Source: Lingula anatina (lineage: Eukaryota > Animalia > Brachiopoda). From it: a stretch of DNA of 64,000 nucleotides. The notes below the pieces were generated by a model. The model ran no database searches. It was not told the origin of the DNA and saw nothing but the letters and a program-made list of their open reading frames with translations. The stretch is from NCBI GenBank assembly GCA_051362555.1, contig CM120647.1:5270001-5334000 (forward strand), read 5' to 3'. Positions 1-13,900 of this stretch are shown piece by piece (the first letter of the stretch is position 1; every line of letters begins with the position of its first letter). The position numbers and the translations under genes were made by a program.

Positions 1-537
1 AGTCACTGTTGAAGACCGATTCACAGTGACTCTGACACTCAGGGCACATAACGTGGACAAACTAGTAAAATGCTTCTTATCTTTAATTTCGTAAATAATT
101 TTCTCTAAGCAATATTTACACAACCTATCTATTTTTTTGTAAATTTTCATGTCTACTGGTTTCTATTGCAAGTCTATGATTTGAAGCTCTGAATCTTGAA
201 AATGCTATTCTGTGTTTCATAATATTTACATCAAATAAACAATTTAGGTTCTAACAAACTCTTAAACAATGCATAGTTTTAAAAAAAGTTTGGACTATTT
301 TGTATACTTTCAACCCAATTTTGTCTAGCACAGTCCTTCAGGTTTAGTAAAATTGGCTTACAAAGGTATTTATATCACGATATAAACACATGTGCTATCC
401 ATGCATAACCAAAACCATACATATAAATTATTTGTTTTACTTTAGTCACCCAGTGAGTCCTTCCATGTTCATGTAGTGTACGCAACATATTATAGCAAGC
501 TCTGCAAAATGTACTGAAACATTTTAGTGCTCAATAA

Positions 538-593
<56 letters not shown>
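538..593. repeat. (ATT)n microsatellite
   Basis: Direct reading. Confidence 0.9.
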
Positions 594-595
<2 letters not shown>

Positions 596-599
596 CAGG

Positions 600-1860
600 A
601 TAATCATGGTTTTCTCTTCTTGCTGTGCTAGGGTACTTTTAGCTTTGCTCCAGGACTAGAAAGCAGAGCATACCAGCCCTAAGTACTTATAGTGGCTAAC
701 AATTTCTACCTCCTTATTATTTAGGAACCATTTTTCATGTTTATTTAAATAACCACCTCGTCTGAATACGATGATTTTTGTTTTATCTTCGTTGATCATC
801 ATGCCATATTTTTTTCAGAATTTTTCTAATTTTACCATAAGCTTTTGCAAGCTACCAACCGTGTCACTTATCTCTACTGCATCATCCGCAAAGAGAAAAT
901 GTGAGATGCTAGGTGCATCTTCATTTACCAAAAATGACTTTGCAGCTTTCATCATTTCTTAACATATGAACAAATTCATTAAGAAATAGAGAAAACATAA
1001 ATGGACTTGACACGCAGCCTTGTTTGGTGCCTATGGTACAATCAAAATAATCAGATATACCATCTTTCATCTGTATACTTGTCTTTAATTGTTTATACAT
1101 AGATTGGATGACTTTGACTATCTTTGTATTAACCTAGTTTTTCAATAAAACATATATTAATAATGTATGGTCAACGCAATCAAAGGCTTTAGCAAAGTCA
1201 ATGAAAATACAGTAGCATCTTCCTCTCTGTTTTTGTAAGATGCTTCTGTATTAGGGCTTACAATGTGAAGCAATTATCTATTATACTATAGCCTTTCCTA
1301 AACCCACTTTGTTCTTCACAAAACTTACTTGTATCTTCTGCCAATTTTACTTATCTTTCATTAAGGACTTTTGTAAATATTTTCTCCACTACGTTTAATA
1401 GAGAAATACCTCTGTAATTATTTGGATCTTTTTTGTTACCTTCTTTATAGATTGGGCATATAATAGCCTCTCCCCATTTTGCCGGGAAGACCCCAGTTTG
1501 CATAACTTGGTTATATAATGAACATAAACAGGGGACAAGCATGTCACTATGTTTAAACATCTCGACCACTAAGCCATCAGGTCCTCCCGATTTATTATTT
1601 TTCAATTACCTCATTGCAGCAATTATTTCTTTATTTTTTTTTTATTTTTCATCTTCTAAATTATCAATGTCTTCATTTTCAAATGTTTCCAGATTATCAA
1701 TAAGCTGTTTAGCTTCATTTTTGAACACGGGATCAATAGGGTGCTTAGCTATTTCTAACAAAGACCGAAAATGTTGAAGCCAAGTGTCTGCTTATATGTT
1801 ATTTCCCACTGCTTTTGAAAAAGTATACTCTTTTGGCCGATCCCAGATTTCATTTGGAGA
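600..1860 (-). mobile_element. Decayed non-LTR retrotransposon reverse transcriptase fragment (RTE-X/CR1-like)
   Basis: KSGGPDG...PIYKEG..DPNNYRGISLL, EEQSGFRKG, FIDFAKAFDCV, GTKQGC..SP, LFADD motifs interrupted by stops. Confidence 0.85.
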
Positions 1861-2498
1861 GCTAGGGTCCTTAAACAGGTCCTCCGTATAAGCTACTTTA
1901 ATGAGCACGTTCGTTTTGCTGTGTGAGCATACATCTTATTGCAATAAACTGTGGTGCCCATTTCATTACCAGACTACTCAGCTTGACTTAGGTATTTATT
2001 AAATATAAAAAATACGCATAATCTCAATACCAACTGCACTATTTGTCGTAATAGAAGAATCCTTTGAAAAAAACTTTGGTGTTGCTTAATTTTTGAGCAT
2101 AAGCGTGATAACCAAAATTAAGAATTAATCATCGAAACTGTCGGGTGAAACATTATCAAAGAATTTCTGGTAGTCTCTTTGCCTTCTAGCAAGCACTTGC
2201 CTTTTGTCAGTTATTATTTATTTGTCATCAACAACTTCCCAGGGTACCCTGTTGCGCCTCTGGCTCTTTATATCCAACTTTCCTATTTGTTTCCAGAATT
2301 CGCAATAATTATGTTGACTTTCAAAGCAGAGTCGACTTATTTCATTCTGTTTATCCCTTTGGTGTTTACTTTATAGCTTTTTAAACTTTCTGTCGAAAGT
2401 TATCCTTCGATCACAAACTTTTTCTTTTTACCTCCTTTTCTTTTTACCTCCTTTTTCCACTGACTCTGCAGATGACTGTTCCAATATTGTTTATACTT

Positions 2499-2537
<39 letters not shown>

Positions 2538-3436
2538 TTCGTGGGGATGTTCCTAAAGTTGTCTCATGCTAGTTCATCCATTGAAAACATTGAAGACTAC
2601 CTAGTCACCCTGTGGATTTCTATGGGTACAAACTTGACTGGTTAAGCCAAAGCGCTTGTAAAAATGCAGTGGAGTAAAACCGTTGACTTAAAAATGTAAT
2701 TTTTTGCCTGCCTCTGACACGCTTGTGTAAGTTCAACAGGATATCTGCTGGGATATCTTTTTACACCCTCTTGATTCTCGAAAACGTTATGGGATAACTC
2801 AAATGCTACAATCTACATGTATGTTTATATGCTGCTGTCACATTGTGCGCATTTATATAAACACATGTACTTTTCCATGATGAAGTTTAATAAATGGATG
2901 GGGAAATCATGCATTTGTTTACAAGTGTTGTCAAAAACAATTCGAATTTCTCTTTAAAAAATCAATCTTAAACCAATTGATTGTGACGTTACATCCAAGC
3001 AATATCAGAAATGAACTTTTATGACAATAAGAAACACCACGTACACTGTACTCTTCTATAGTATACCCTGACCTGAAAGATGACCGTCATTTTTACAATG
3101 ACAACAGCGACTAATGGAAACACACAGCTTGAAAATCAATACTAGTTGACGGTTTATTTGTATTTTATGCGGGTATCAATTTACAGGTGGTAAAACCGCA
3201 GACCAATCCACAGTAATAATTTTGTCTTAATTCCCCTTGGTCTCTGCGATTATAAAATTATGGCTATATTTTAAAATGATTTAAACATTCTTATATGCTG
3301 CATATAAATAAAATCATCATTCAATCATCAAATATTATTATTATTTTTTTTTAAGAGCGAATCTAACTGTTAATCTAGATTTATGAATTACTACGACTCT
3401 GTTCTTTTTTGTGTTGCAGAATTGATTTCATCTACG

Positions 3437-3494
3437 ATGTGGTCACTGCAATTCTACATCATCGCATTGTTTCTGTTCGACAGTCCAGTAACCG
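3437..3494 (+). CDS. Paralog A exon 1, signal peptide [20 protein letters not shown]
   Basis: Acceptor ttgcag ends 3419, ATG 3437, hydrophobic core, donor gtatgt at 3495; near-identical copy at 55891-55948. Confidence 0.8.
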
Positions 3495-3776
3495 GTATGT
3501 ATACCCATGATTCATGGCAAACAAAGGAAAATGAACTTTGATATAGCAAAGGTTATCTATGCCTCCTCCGAGACAATTTACCAAAACTATTTACTTCACC
3601 AACCACAAAAATTAATTTAAAAAATGTTGAGGAATTATTGTTTGTTATTGTTATTATTGAGAATTGGCCAATTAATCTCGCTTTTTACACCACCAGTGAA
3701 TAACATAGGGAAAGCATTTGCTTTGTAGGCATAGGTCTACTTATATTTACGTATATATATATATCTCAGGAATTAG

Positions 3777-3861
<85 letters not shown>

Positions 3862-5876
3862 CAGTATTCAACAAGCCAAAAGAATCATGTTTCGAGACTG
3901 CCAATTATCTAATGTTAGAAAAACTACATATTGGGTCCTCTGGTGACAGATATCCACATTTGTACATTCAATTTGATTTTATAACACGCTTTCAATCACT
4001 CTAACGGTCTGTGTGTATTGTTTAATTAAAAAAATCAGAGCGTCATCCATGATTTTCCATTTCTATTACAAAATCAGCAAACGAAAAGTGAAAAGCGTGT
4101 CCATGGATTGTACAAATCTGTTATAAAAGTGTTCAAGATGATTGCCTGGAAAATATTAACAGTTACTGTATACAGTACGACCCATCTCAACGTCAAGATT
4201 AGTTTGATATAACAACTTGCCAGTATGAAACAAGAAACTGCACAAATGAAAATAGATGGTTGTGCACTATTTGTTTGGAATTCTGTTTTATATTTATGCT
4301 GTAAAATTACGTGATTTTAATTTACTCAATAATATCTAATGTTGTATAATAACTTTACATTATTCTTCTACCAGAGGGATTTTTCAATTAAAGAGACAGT
4401 TATTTTGTTTTCATTTTACTTATCTTTTCGCTTGAGTTAATGAGGAGACAAAAATAGCTATACCATTCCAGGGTCGCACTTCAGATATGCCACAGTCAGC
4501 TGTAGGCCCGCTCTGGATAACGCTTTAGTTGGTAAGTTGGACGTTTTTGTTCTCAGGAATTAGTCAGTTGTTAATAAAACTCATTTTGGCCTGATGAATT
4601 GTGGGTTTCTTTAAACATGTAATGATCACTGAAGATACGATGGGCAAGCGTCTGTTCGTGGAGACAAAAACAATGTTACCTTTGCGCAGTGATGGCATTC
4701 CACATACGATGCAAATGTAGTTTAAGAAATAATTTCCAAGGATATCCTACACATCCCTAATGGGGTTCTCATCTAGGGCTGGAGCCGATCGACCAATATG
4801 GATCCGGATCTGGTTTGCATATGAACAGCCTACTGTTGCATCGACTGTGCGTGGAGTAACATTGTCATAATGAAGCATCAATAAGTAGTCTTGGTTCCCA
4901 AAGATATTGTCAACAGATTTCCTTAAATCCCTTTCCAGTACTTGGATGCATGGGTCTGTGTTAAGGTTCCTGTTGACCACTGCCAGCTGGCCTACACCAT
5001 AGTAGCCACAACACCCCATGCATGTTTTGCGATGTTGTTTTGTGTGTCCTGTCAACCAGTAGCAGAAAATTGAAAATAAATTGCTTATCTGCTATTCTCT
5101 AAACCATTGCGTGTCCATACATTCTGACAACGCTTAAACTTCCCTCAGCTGGTAAAAGTATTATTGCCAAGTTATAAGTTGGTGTCTATGTCTCATTTTC
5201 GGTACACCATCCCATTCGACGTAGACAGTTCTAGAAATAAAATCGACTCTGCAAATGTTGGTACTAATATCTTTATAACTAATCTGAGTCCTTTCCTTTG
5301 ATTTAAGTGACCTGTTCTTGGAGATCTGCCTGGAGATTAGATTTTGGTCCTTGTGAAAAACCCTGTACGCAGGCTAATGTAGGAAACCTTTCAGTTACTT
5401 CTTCGAGTTTTGCTGATTGGCAGTGTTTCTCTGGTAAGTACAATTCACTGATGCTCATGGATCACTCACATGATTTTGACGTTGCCGAGTATAGTTTGGT
5501 CAAAGGAGAGTCCTAAGATTTGACGTCACAATAACACATTCGATAATTCTCCTTTATCTTTAACTTTAGGCTGCGGTTTCTTTTTGAACATGGCTCCTCA
5601 TCGGTATTATGTCACAGCCATAGATTCGACTGACGATTGGCAACAAGGGGAAAATGAGTTCAGTTTCACTCTGCCACATTCTGGTGCATTTTCGTTTGGG
5701 TAGGTCTATTTCTGTTTGTCTTCCACCACCACCCAACCATAAAATGTTCAAAATGCCTTCATGCATGTACATCACTAATTGGTATACTAGTGTCTAGAGC
5801 AAACAGACAGAAGCGCACATACAACATTAATGGCAAGTTAAGTTGGTGAGTTAAAATATTAGTGTGTCATCTATGT

Positions 5877-5925
<49 letters not shown>

Positions 5926-6453
5926 ATATTCTACAACAGGTGAAGTTGGTGACTAAAAATAAAAATGTGTCAACATTGTGCTTTTTTGTAGGGATATTTC
6001 ATTTTGTATCCTAAGGCATGTCCTCGAAGCCCTGTATCAGTAACATTTTCTTGATATTCATGACATCTTGACATCATGATATTCAAATTGATGGTGCTTA
6101 TGCTGGTAGACATTATGCATTATTGCTTCAATATGGGCAAACCAAATGTTAAGATAACAGTGTGCCTTATACTAAAATATATTGTATATAGGTAAAGCTA
6201 GATTGGTTGAAAGGGGATTTGTTGTGGGTTCTCAAATTTTTTTCTCGGCTGTTTCAAAACCATTATTACTTGATCCTGTAAGGTGACAAATCAAATAAAT
6301 GGCTGTACAAAAATGTTTTACCTTTGTTGCCTTTAACCCACAAATTTCATAAGAATTGATCATAGTGCTTCTCTTATTATAACGATTTATGTATGACAAT
6401 GCTAGCAAATTGATCAAATATAGCATATTGTGGACATAAGGGAATTAAGGTTG

Positions 6454-6488
<35 letters not shown>

Positions 6489-7849
6489 ACCTGTTCAGAA
6501 AGTAGCCAAGGTTAGCGGTTGACGCAAAGTAAGTAGTCACTAGGCTTATGGAAAAGTGAGAGACCGTCTGGCGTTCATTTTCATTAGATCCACTTGTATA
6601 GTATATGGCAAAGGCAAGGCCTACAGGTACTGTATGTCTGCAGTGTCCAAATATGCGAGGTAGCATTCTCAGTCTGGTAGCATTTTATGTGCTATCACAC
6701 CTTATATAACCCCACCCCGCCAGCAGCAAGTTTTTTATTTATTTATTTATTTATTTATTTTTCAGAATAGGGTATGGGGAAGAAAACGCTTACTACATAT
6801 CAGAACCATAAAGATATATCAATGTATTATATATCGTTTTGAACGCAAGGGATGAGGCATTAAATTTTATAAATCAAAGATGCGTGACAATAAGTCAGGG
6901 GTCATTCATAATGGATCAGAGGTCACAACAGTTTACATTTGGTTTTCTCAAAAATTAGAATCAAAAAAGTTTTTTAAAAAACATTGTTTAAACAAATATT
7001 TTTTGGTATTTGGTGAATGGTTTGGGACCATGCTCTAATATAAAGCTTATGAAGAAAATCTGGAACCTCAAGTATCTTATTTCAGAATATTATGCAATTA
7101 TACGTGAACCCAACTGTCAAAATATCCCCTATTTGAAAGTGGGGGTAGGGAAAGAAAGTGGTTACTACATCAATATATAGAAATATATATCAATGGATAA
7201 CATATAATAAAAGATGTAAGGGATAGGACAATCAATTCTGTTGGTCACAAATACATGACAATTAGTCAAGGGTCATTGACAATGGTGCAAATGTCAGAAG
7301 AGGTCATATGTCATGTATTTTTCATAAATTTGAGCCAACAACTGTTATCAAAATATTGAGTAAGAAATTAGAATTTGGTGAATGGATCATCAACACGTTA
7401 TGGTGTTATGCTTTTGAATAAAACTACGAGCCTCAAGCATTTTTATTTTTTTTGGGGGGGGAATGAGTTTACTCATGGAATGTGAAAATATTAGTCAAAA
7501 TACGCCCTCTTGAATTTGGATTAGGGGAAAGAAACTGCTCATAATTGAAAGACAGATGAAGATACAGCAACACAATTAATATTTTCTGCGTTTCGTTAGT
7601 ATAGCGGAAAATCATTGCATTCACGTTTTGTGATGAAAAAGAAGGTACCTGGAGATGTTTGGGTGGATGACATAATGAGGTACAGTTATGAGTAATAGTT
7701 CAATGTACGTGCAATGAAGATTGGCGTGGGTGGTATAAAAGGGAGGATAGAGGTAATAGTGGTGACTTTCTAGCCTGCTTGCAGAAGGGCGGGATTATTT
7801 TTCCCTAAAATATTACATTAAATAATATTAAATTCAATTATGCCCAGTT

Positions 7850-7908
<59 letters not shown>

Positions 7909-10900
7909 TTTTGTCCCAGGAACTCCGTGGGTTTCATCTCTGTTTTTCCTCTGGGCTTGATGAAAACTGTTATAGTATATATACATAGAGGTATAGTAGT
8001 TACGGTAAAATGGTAAATACAGTTTATTTGATTAATAAAGAATCAGCGTCTAGCAACATCAGCGGGCTGTCGGCAGAATGTAATTTTGCGTTCGATTTAA
8101 TTTTGAAGAAAATATAGTGTATACTGCAAACTTCTATGCAGTTTTACGATATATCAATAGGTTTCATAATTCAGACACCTGTAAACAGAGTCATGCCTCA
8201 TTTGAAATAGGTCAAATTGTCAGCCAAGGTCAAATTTAAAGCTTTCTTGTGAATATGAACCTTTTTCAGAATTTATTATTTATTTTATCATTTCTTTTAT
8301 TTCTTTCTTTCTTTCTTTCTTTCCTTTTGTTTTTGCATATCAGTGGGGTCTTTCTGTAAAATGGAGTATTGGAGAAAGATAATCCTGTATCCTATATTGT
8401 AATTTGTAAGATTAAATACTGGTTATATTTTGCAAGTAAACCAATTACCCCTATCTTTTTTTTACATCTTTGTTACTACTTAATGTATAATTTTTGATTT
8501 ATGGGTCAATAACACGAGGCTAGATATCACATTCAGTCACTCTTTTCCCCCAAAAGCCTATATTGTTTATTCTGATTCAGTAATCAAGGAAAAAGGGATT
8601 GTTCTTAACACTGACATGCAGGAACATAACTTTACTTAATTATTTTGTTGTACTTTTTATTCTGTATCATTTTGACACTGTACATTGAAAATGACAAATA
8701 TTCAATCTGCTTCAATATAATATCAGGAGGAGATAAAGGTAAAACAAATGCAGACCTGAAAAGTGCAACCGAGCTTTAGAGAAGAATTTTAACAAATATC
8801 TACTTTATAACATACATGCACCCTTATTGAAAAATGTTGTGACTGGAAACTATAGTTTTCATTTTCATTTTCAGTGACTGTGAACGGTTGTGTTTATAGA
8901 AAGTATTGTGTGATATGAAATAATTTATAAATATATTAATATTTAATAAAAAATATTTATGTTTTTTTTTTACATTTTCCAAATTCATGTTATTTCCAAA
9001 GGTTATATGGAAATTGGTGTACACGTAAATTAGATCAATTTAGTTAATATTCAAATTTATTTTATTTTTATGATAATTTACTTTCATAAGTCAATGTGGT
9101 GGACATAGGTAATTTTTAAGTTTAAAATATACACTGAAGGCTTAAATACCAGGCAATTTGATTGAATAAGAGTCTAAATATGGTTTGGGGTTAAAGAAGA
9201 GGTACAAAATAATAGGAAAGAAGGCACACCATTTGTCAGTAAGCATCCTGACCCATGATATCCTGGATTTATCCATAGGACGATCAAGAAAACCTAGGAC
9301 CCAATGACCCCCTGCACACACGCACACACACACGCTCATGTACACATACATGTTCTCACTCAGTAGATTCAGCCCTTGTCCTTTACAAGAAGGCAGAAAT
9401 GTGGCCCACGACCTAAAGATTGAGATAGGCTTCTTAACAAATATAACCACATCCTTTGACTTAAGACAAATTTGAATATTTTAATGTATTTTGTCATTTT
9501 TATCAGTTATTGGGTTGAACATTGGATACTATAAATAAGTGATATTGATACTTTAATCTCTTCCATACTGAATTAAAATACATTCACTATTTCACTTTTT
9601 ATACTGTAACCAATGTTTCGGTATTCTAAATCTGTCAATTAAGGTTTATACATAAGAAATGGAAAAATAATGTGGAAAACAATCTACTGGTGGCAGTAGA
9701 AGTTGTTGGTTGCATTCATGGTTATTTCCACCTTTCGTCCAAAACTCCTTGTGAAACTACCTTACATACATTACTTCGGGTAACAGATACGTCGTCAGTG
9801 TTCAGTGACTAAGTTAATTAACATATACGCATGTGTCTTCTTACGGATAACGTCTTAATCGCAATGTTGGCTTAAAAACTGAAAATCAGTTTGTTAAAAT
9901 TTAACATTTAATGTCTATTTTGCCTGAGCACTCACAGTCACCATTTCAAAACCGATTTAATGACATCATTTAGTACTCCAAAAACCCTTCTTTAAAAAAG
10001 TATTAGTTAGTTTTAATCGATGATAAAGCAAATTAATGCCTTTGTTTAATGAAAATCTGTAATTAGGAGCTCATAAACCCATAATAAAACATTCAAACCA
10101 AAATGACGGCACGGGATTGTAGCCACACACTCTAGACAGCTCTGCCAATTTGGGTGATGAAATACTTTCTCAGGGATGCAGTCTCACCCCGTAACAATTG
10201 TTATCTTGCCTTTAAACACAAAGGTGTTAAATTGACGAGAGTTGCTTATGCTTACATGTATACATTGCAAAAAGGAATATAAACGCCGATATTTTATATT
10301 TTCGAGTTTCTAATTGTTTTAAATCAACACAAAGATAGATGCATTTTTGAATAATAAGATGCAGGAAATCCTCCATTTCGGTATCTGGATGATAATAAAG
10401 AATTACAATACCCTTAAGAGACTAGTCTTTAAAATTTTCAATAAAATAAGATATAATTTGATATTTTATTTCAAATACACATTTACTACACAGTGACTGG
10501 CATAATTTATAATTGATTTTAATTGCTATTTTCATATTAATGTTTTTTTTCTAATTTCTACATTTTGTTTTGATGAAAAAATATCCGTTGTGTAAAATGA
10601 ATTAAAAAGCACCTTAAAGCGCTGGACATCAGGCCCCTGTTTCACAAAAAAAACTTAAGTCGGTTTCCCTGACTTAGGGCTTGGTTACCAACGTAATTAG
10701 GTCGTTACGTCACTAAGTCCCGTTTCACAAAGAATCTAAAAGGTCGCTTACGTCGTTTTTTTTCTTAGCTGTAAGTCGACGATGTCAAGCCTCCTCGGGA
10801 GGAGACTTAAGTCGGCAAGCTCAACTAAAACTCGGTAAATGAGAGCATAAACAACAAAAATTTGGAAAGAACATACCTCCTTCAAGATATTGTGTTATAA

Positions 10901-13900
10901 TATCCTTGAATAGCACTGACATTTATGGAATATTAAAATAAAAAATAAAATTCCACTTTACCCAGCCGATCGCGTGTTTGTTTATGTTTTTGACCGCTAG
11001 ACGTCCCTCAGTAGTGTCCCACGACAAGCTAATGTTTAACTGTTACTTTGAAGTTGTATTGAAGTTAATCTAATCAATTAAGTTCAAAAACAAACTTTGT
11101 TTGTGTTTTGGTCGACTTTTATTGTTGATAAACGATCGTTCTCGGCCGAAAGAGGCCATGAAACGTCATGTCTTGTGAAACTTTTGCAATTTTACACCTC
11201 CTTTTCTTGAAGAGTTTCTCGTGCGCGTCGACTACGGTAAGCACGCCAAGCTAAGACGTTAGATTCTTTGTGAAACACTCCTAGTCGACTTCAGATAAGT
11301 CGACCTAGCTAGGCCACCCAGCTCGAGCTAGTCGACTACGGATTTAAGATTCTTTGTGAAACGGGGGGCCAGATACTGTGTGATGTTGAGCAGCACAATG
11401 CTAATCATAAAGGGTGTTGTATTCAATCTGACATATTTCAAAATTTGTTTTTTTGCTTTACAAAACCTTTTAGAACTAAAGCCAAATATATTTAGTAAAT
11501 GAGAAGTATCACCTAAAAGTCATTAATTCACCTTAAAATTCACCAATAATGCTTAGATTTTAATTCTATAAAGTGAGCATGGTTGACCCTTGATTTACCA
11601 GTATTATCAGTGATCGACAAATGCATGGTAATATGTGCTCTATATAAATAGTAAAGGAATAGATGGATATATTTTAGATATTGTACATTGTACAATAATT
11701 ATTTACCTGACTTCTTCCAAATTGTACGAGACTTAAGACTTCAGACTCTGTGAAGAAGGCTTCTCAAATCAAATAATAATTTTATAGCCTCAAAAATGTT
11801 CCATTTAAAAGGTGCTAAAATTAATATTTATGAAAAAGTATATACACCCTAACGTTCAAGAGTGACTGATATCTTCACATTCAATAAGTAAACATTTTTT
11901 TTCTAAAAAAGACGCTTGGGGCTCCGAACTTTGTTCAAAAGCATAACACTATTCAGTAGTAATAATAATTATATGTCCGTTGTACAACGTTTTAAAAACG
12001 TTTCAAATGTTTTAATCCCTATCCTGTGAATAGAAGGGGGCGGACAAACAATGGAGAGCCGTCCAAATCCCTTCAATATTTGAACGTAAAAACACAATAG
12101 TTTAGGCGTAATAACACGCAATACCTTAGGCGAGTGAGCCCCATGACACCGGTATCTGTGGTCCAGCGCGAGCGCAACAATCTGCTGTAACAAAGTGCAA
12201 TTAACAGCAGGATACATCAGCCAGAAAGTCCCATTGTTTGTTGTGGCGAGAGGATTATAGCTGTAAGAGGCTTGAACCCATGCTACCGCGTGCCACAAAC
12301 CGTCTTCCGTAGCGAACTGTCCTTTTGCTCACTAGTTTGGCACGCGCAGTTCATTATCTTTTTAGTGTTGCTAACAAACTGCTAATTAAATTTGTTATCA
12401 GGTATTCCATTCAATATGAATTTTTCCGTAGTCAAAAATTGAACTAAGTATTGTTTGTTTGATTAACATGCATGAGCGGCAGCATCAACCTCAAAAAATT
12501 TATCGCATTAATTTATAAATGAATAATTTATTTACATACTTACTGATTCAAGTATTTATAAAACATGAAGGATAATGAAAAAAAAAAAAAAAAAAAAAAA
12601 AACAGCGAATGGCATTTTCAAAAAAGGGACAATACATGACAAATATATTACTTATACTATATTTATATTATTATATTTAAATAAAATGAGGTGCACTGAC
12701 AGAGGCGCAAGGAGAATCCAACTCCAACGTGCAACAGGGGGGCTATGACATTGTGATCACACAATACATGAGAGTACGGTCAATTTACAGTGTAAATCAT
12801 CAGTTAAAGAGGAGGAGGTCTTACCATAGCTCGCTATCTATCGTTAAATGCAACTCTTCGTATCTCTCGAACAAGCTTAAACCATGCCCATACAATTACT
12901 GTGTCTACGGCTGCCGTGCAGAAACGCCATGTCGAACATATTTTGCTACAGTTACAAACAGTGAACTCTAGCGACTTGTTTTAGATCACTCAAGTAAGAA
13001 TGCATGCATGCGATATATGGGTGGAAAACAATCAAGTATGCAACTGATCTATTAATTGTGATTGCACAGTACGTGTAACTAGACCTTTGTTCTAACTCAG
13101 TAGTTCGGGATAGGAAGCTTGGACAAAACTGTTCTATTCAACTGCCACCACATCCGAGGAAACCTTCACTGAACCCTCTACTTGAAGTCCCCCTAGCTGA
13201 AACAAAAATGCCCCTTGAACCTGTCCGTTTGTTAATCGTCAAATGATTTGTGATTTCATTGAACGTCTTTGATCGACAGCTTTTAAGTGACAATAACCGA
13301 ACCTTGTCCTGATTATTTATTAAAACGTAGGTTTATTCATCATGGTCTATTTTGTAAACAATACTTGCCTAGATTTTACTTGGATTGATCATCGGCACTG
13401 TTTGGCTACTCGCTTATAATGCGAGCTATAATAATAATAATCTTTATTGGAGAAATCGCAACCCGAAGGTTGAAGTTATACAATTACATATATGAATATT
13501 TAAGTCAAGGAAGCCTGGTTATTTTTGCACTGGTGCACTCCGTTGGCGGTCTCACCTCTCTGGGGAGCATACAGCTGAACGACAGACAACTTATAAATAT
13601 TATGTGTTACTGTTTAAATGAACACATTTAGTTAAAATATAACGACGCCGGTGATTTAATCCATCCAACATATCTATATTTGTTCTTTTAAAACCAGTGT
13701 CAGGTTAACACCAAATCAAAGCAAGACTGGTTTTGTAAAGCTAAAGCTAAATAAAGCCTGTTTCTAGTTCACAGTGTTTATCCCAGCTACTTGTATAAAA
13801 CTGCATGAAGAATATAACAATACTCCGTAGCGAAATACATGTAACTTTCACAATGCTCTGTGCTTTACCTTTGACGTTAACTTCGCCCTGCTATATACAT

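Noticed and set aside
3718-3912. ORFs with IYIYIY, LSLSLS or ERERER tracts (also near 19235, 24374, 30629, 51061, 61458, 62723)
   Set aside because: Translations of microsatellites or antisense/alternate frames of real exons
5434-5516. Read-through of exon 3 into intron 3 is open to the same stop in both paralogs
   Set aside because: Only ~27 codons, divergence similar to other intron DNA, strong gtaagt donor; shared ancestry explains it
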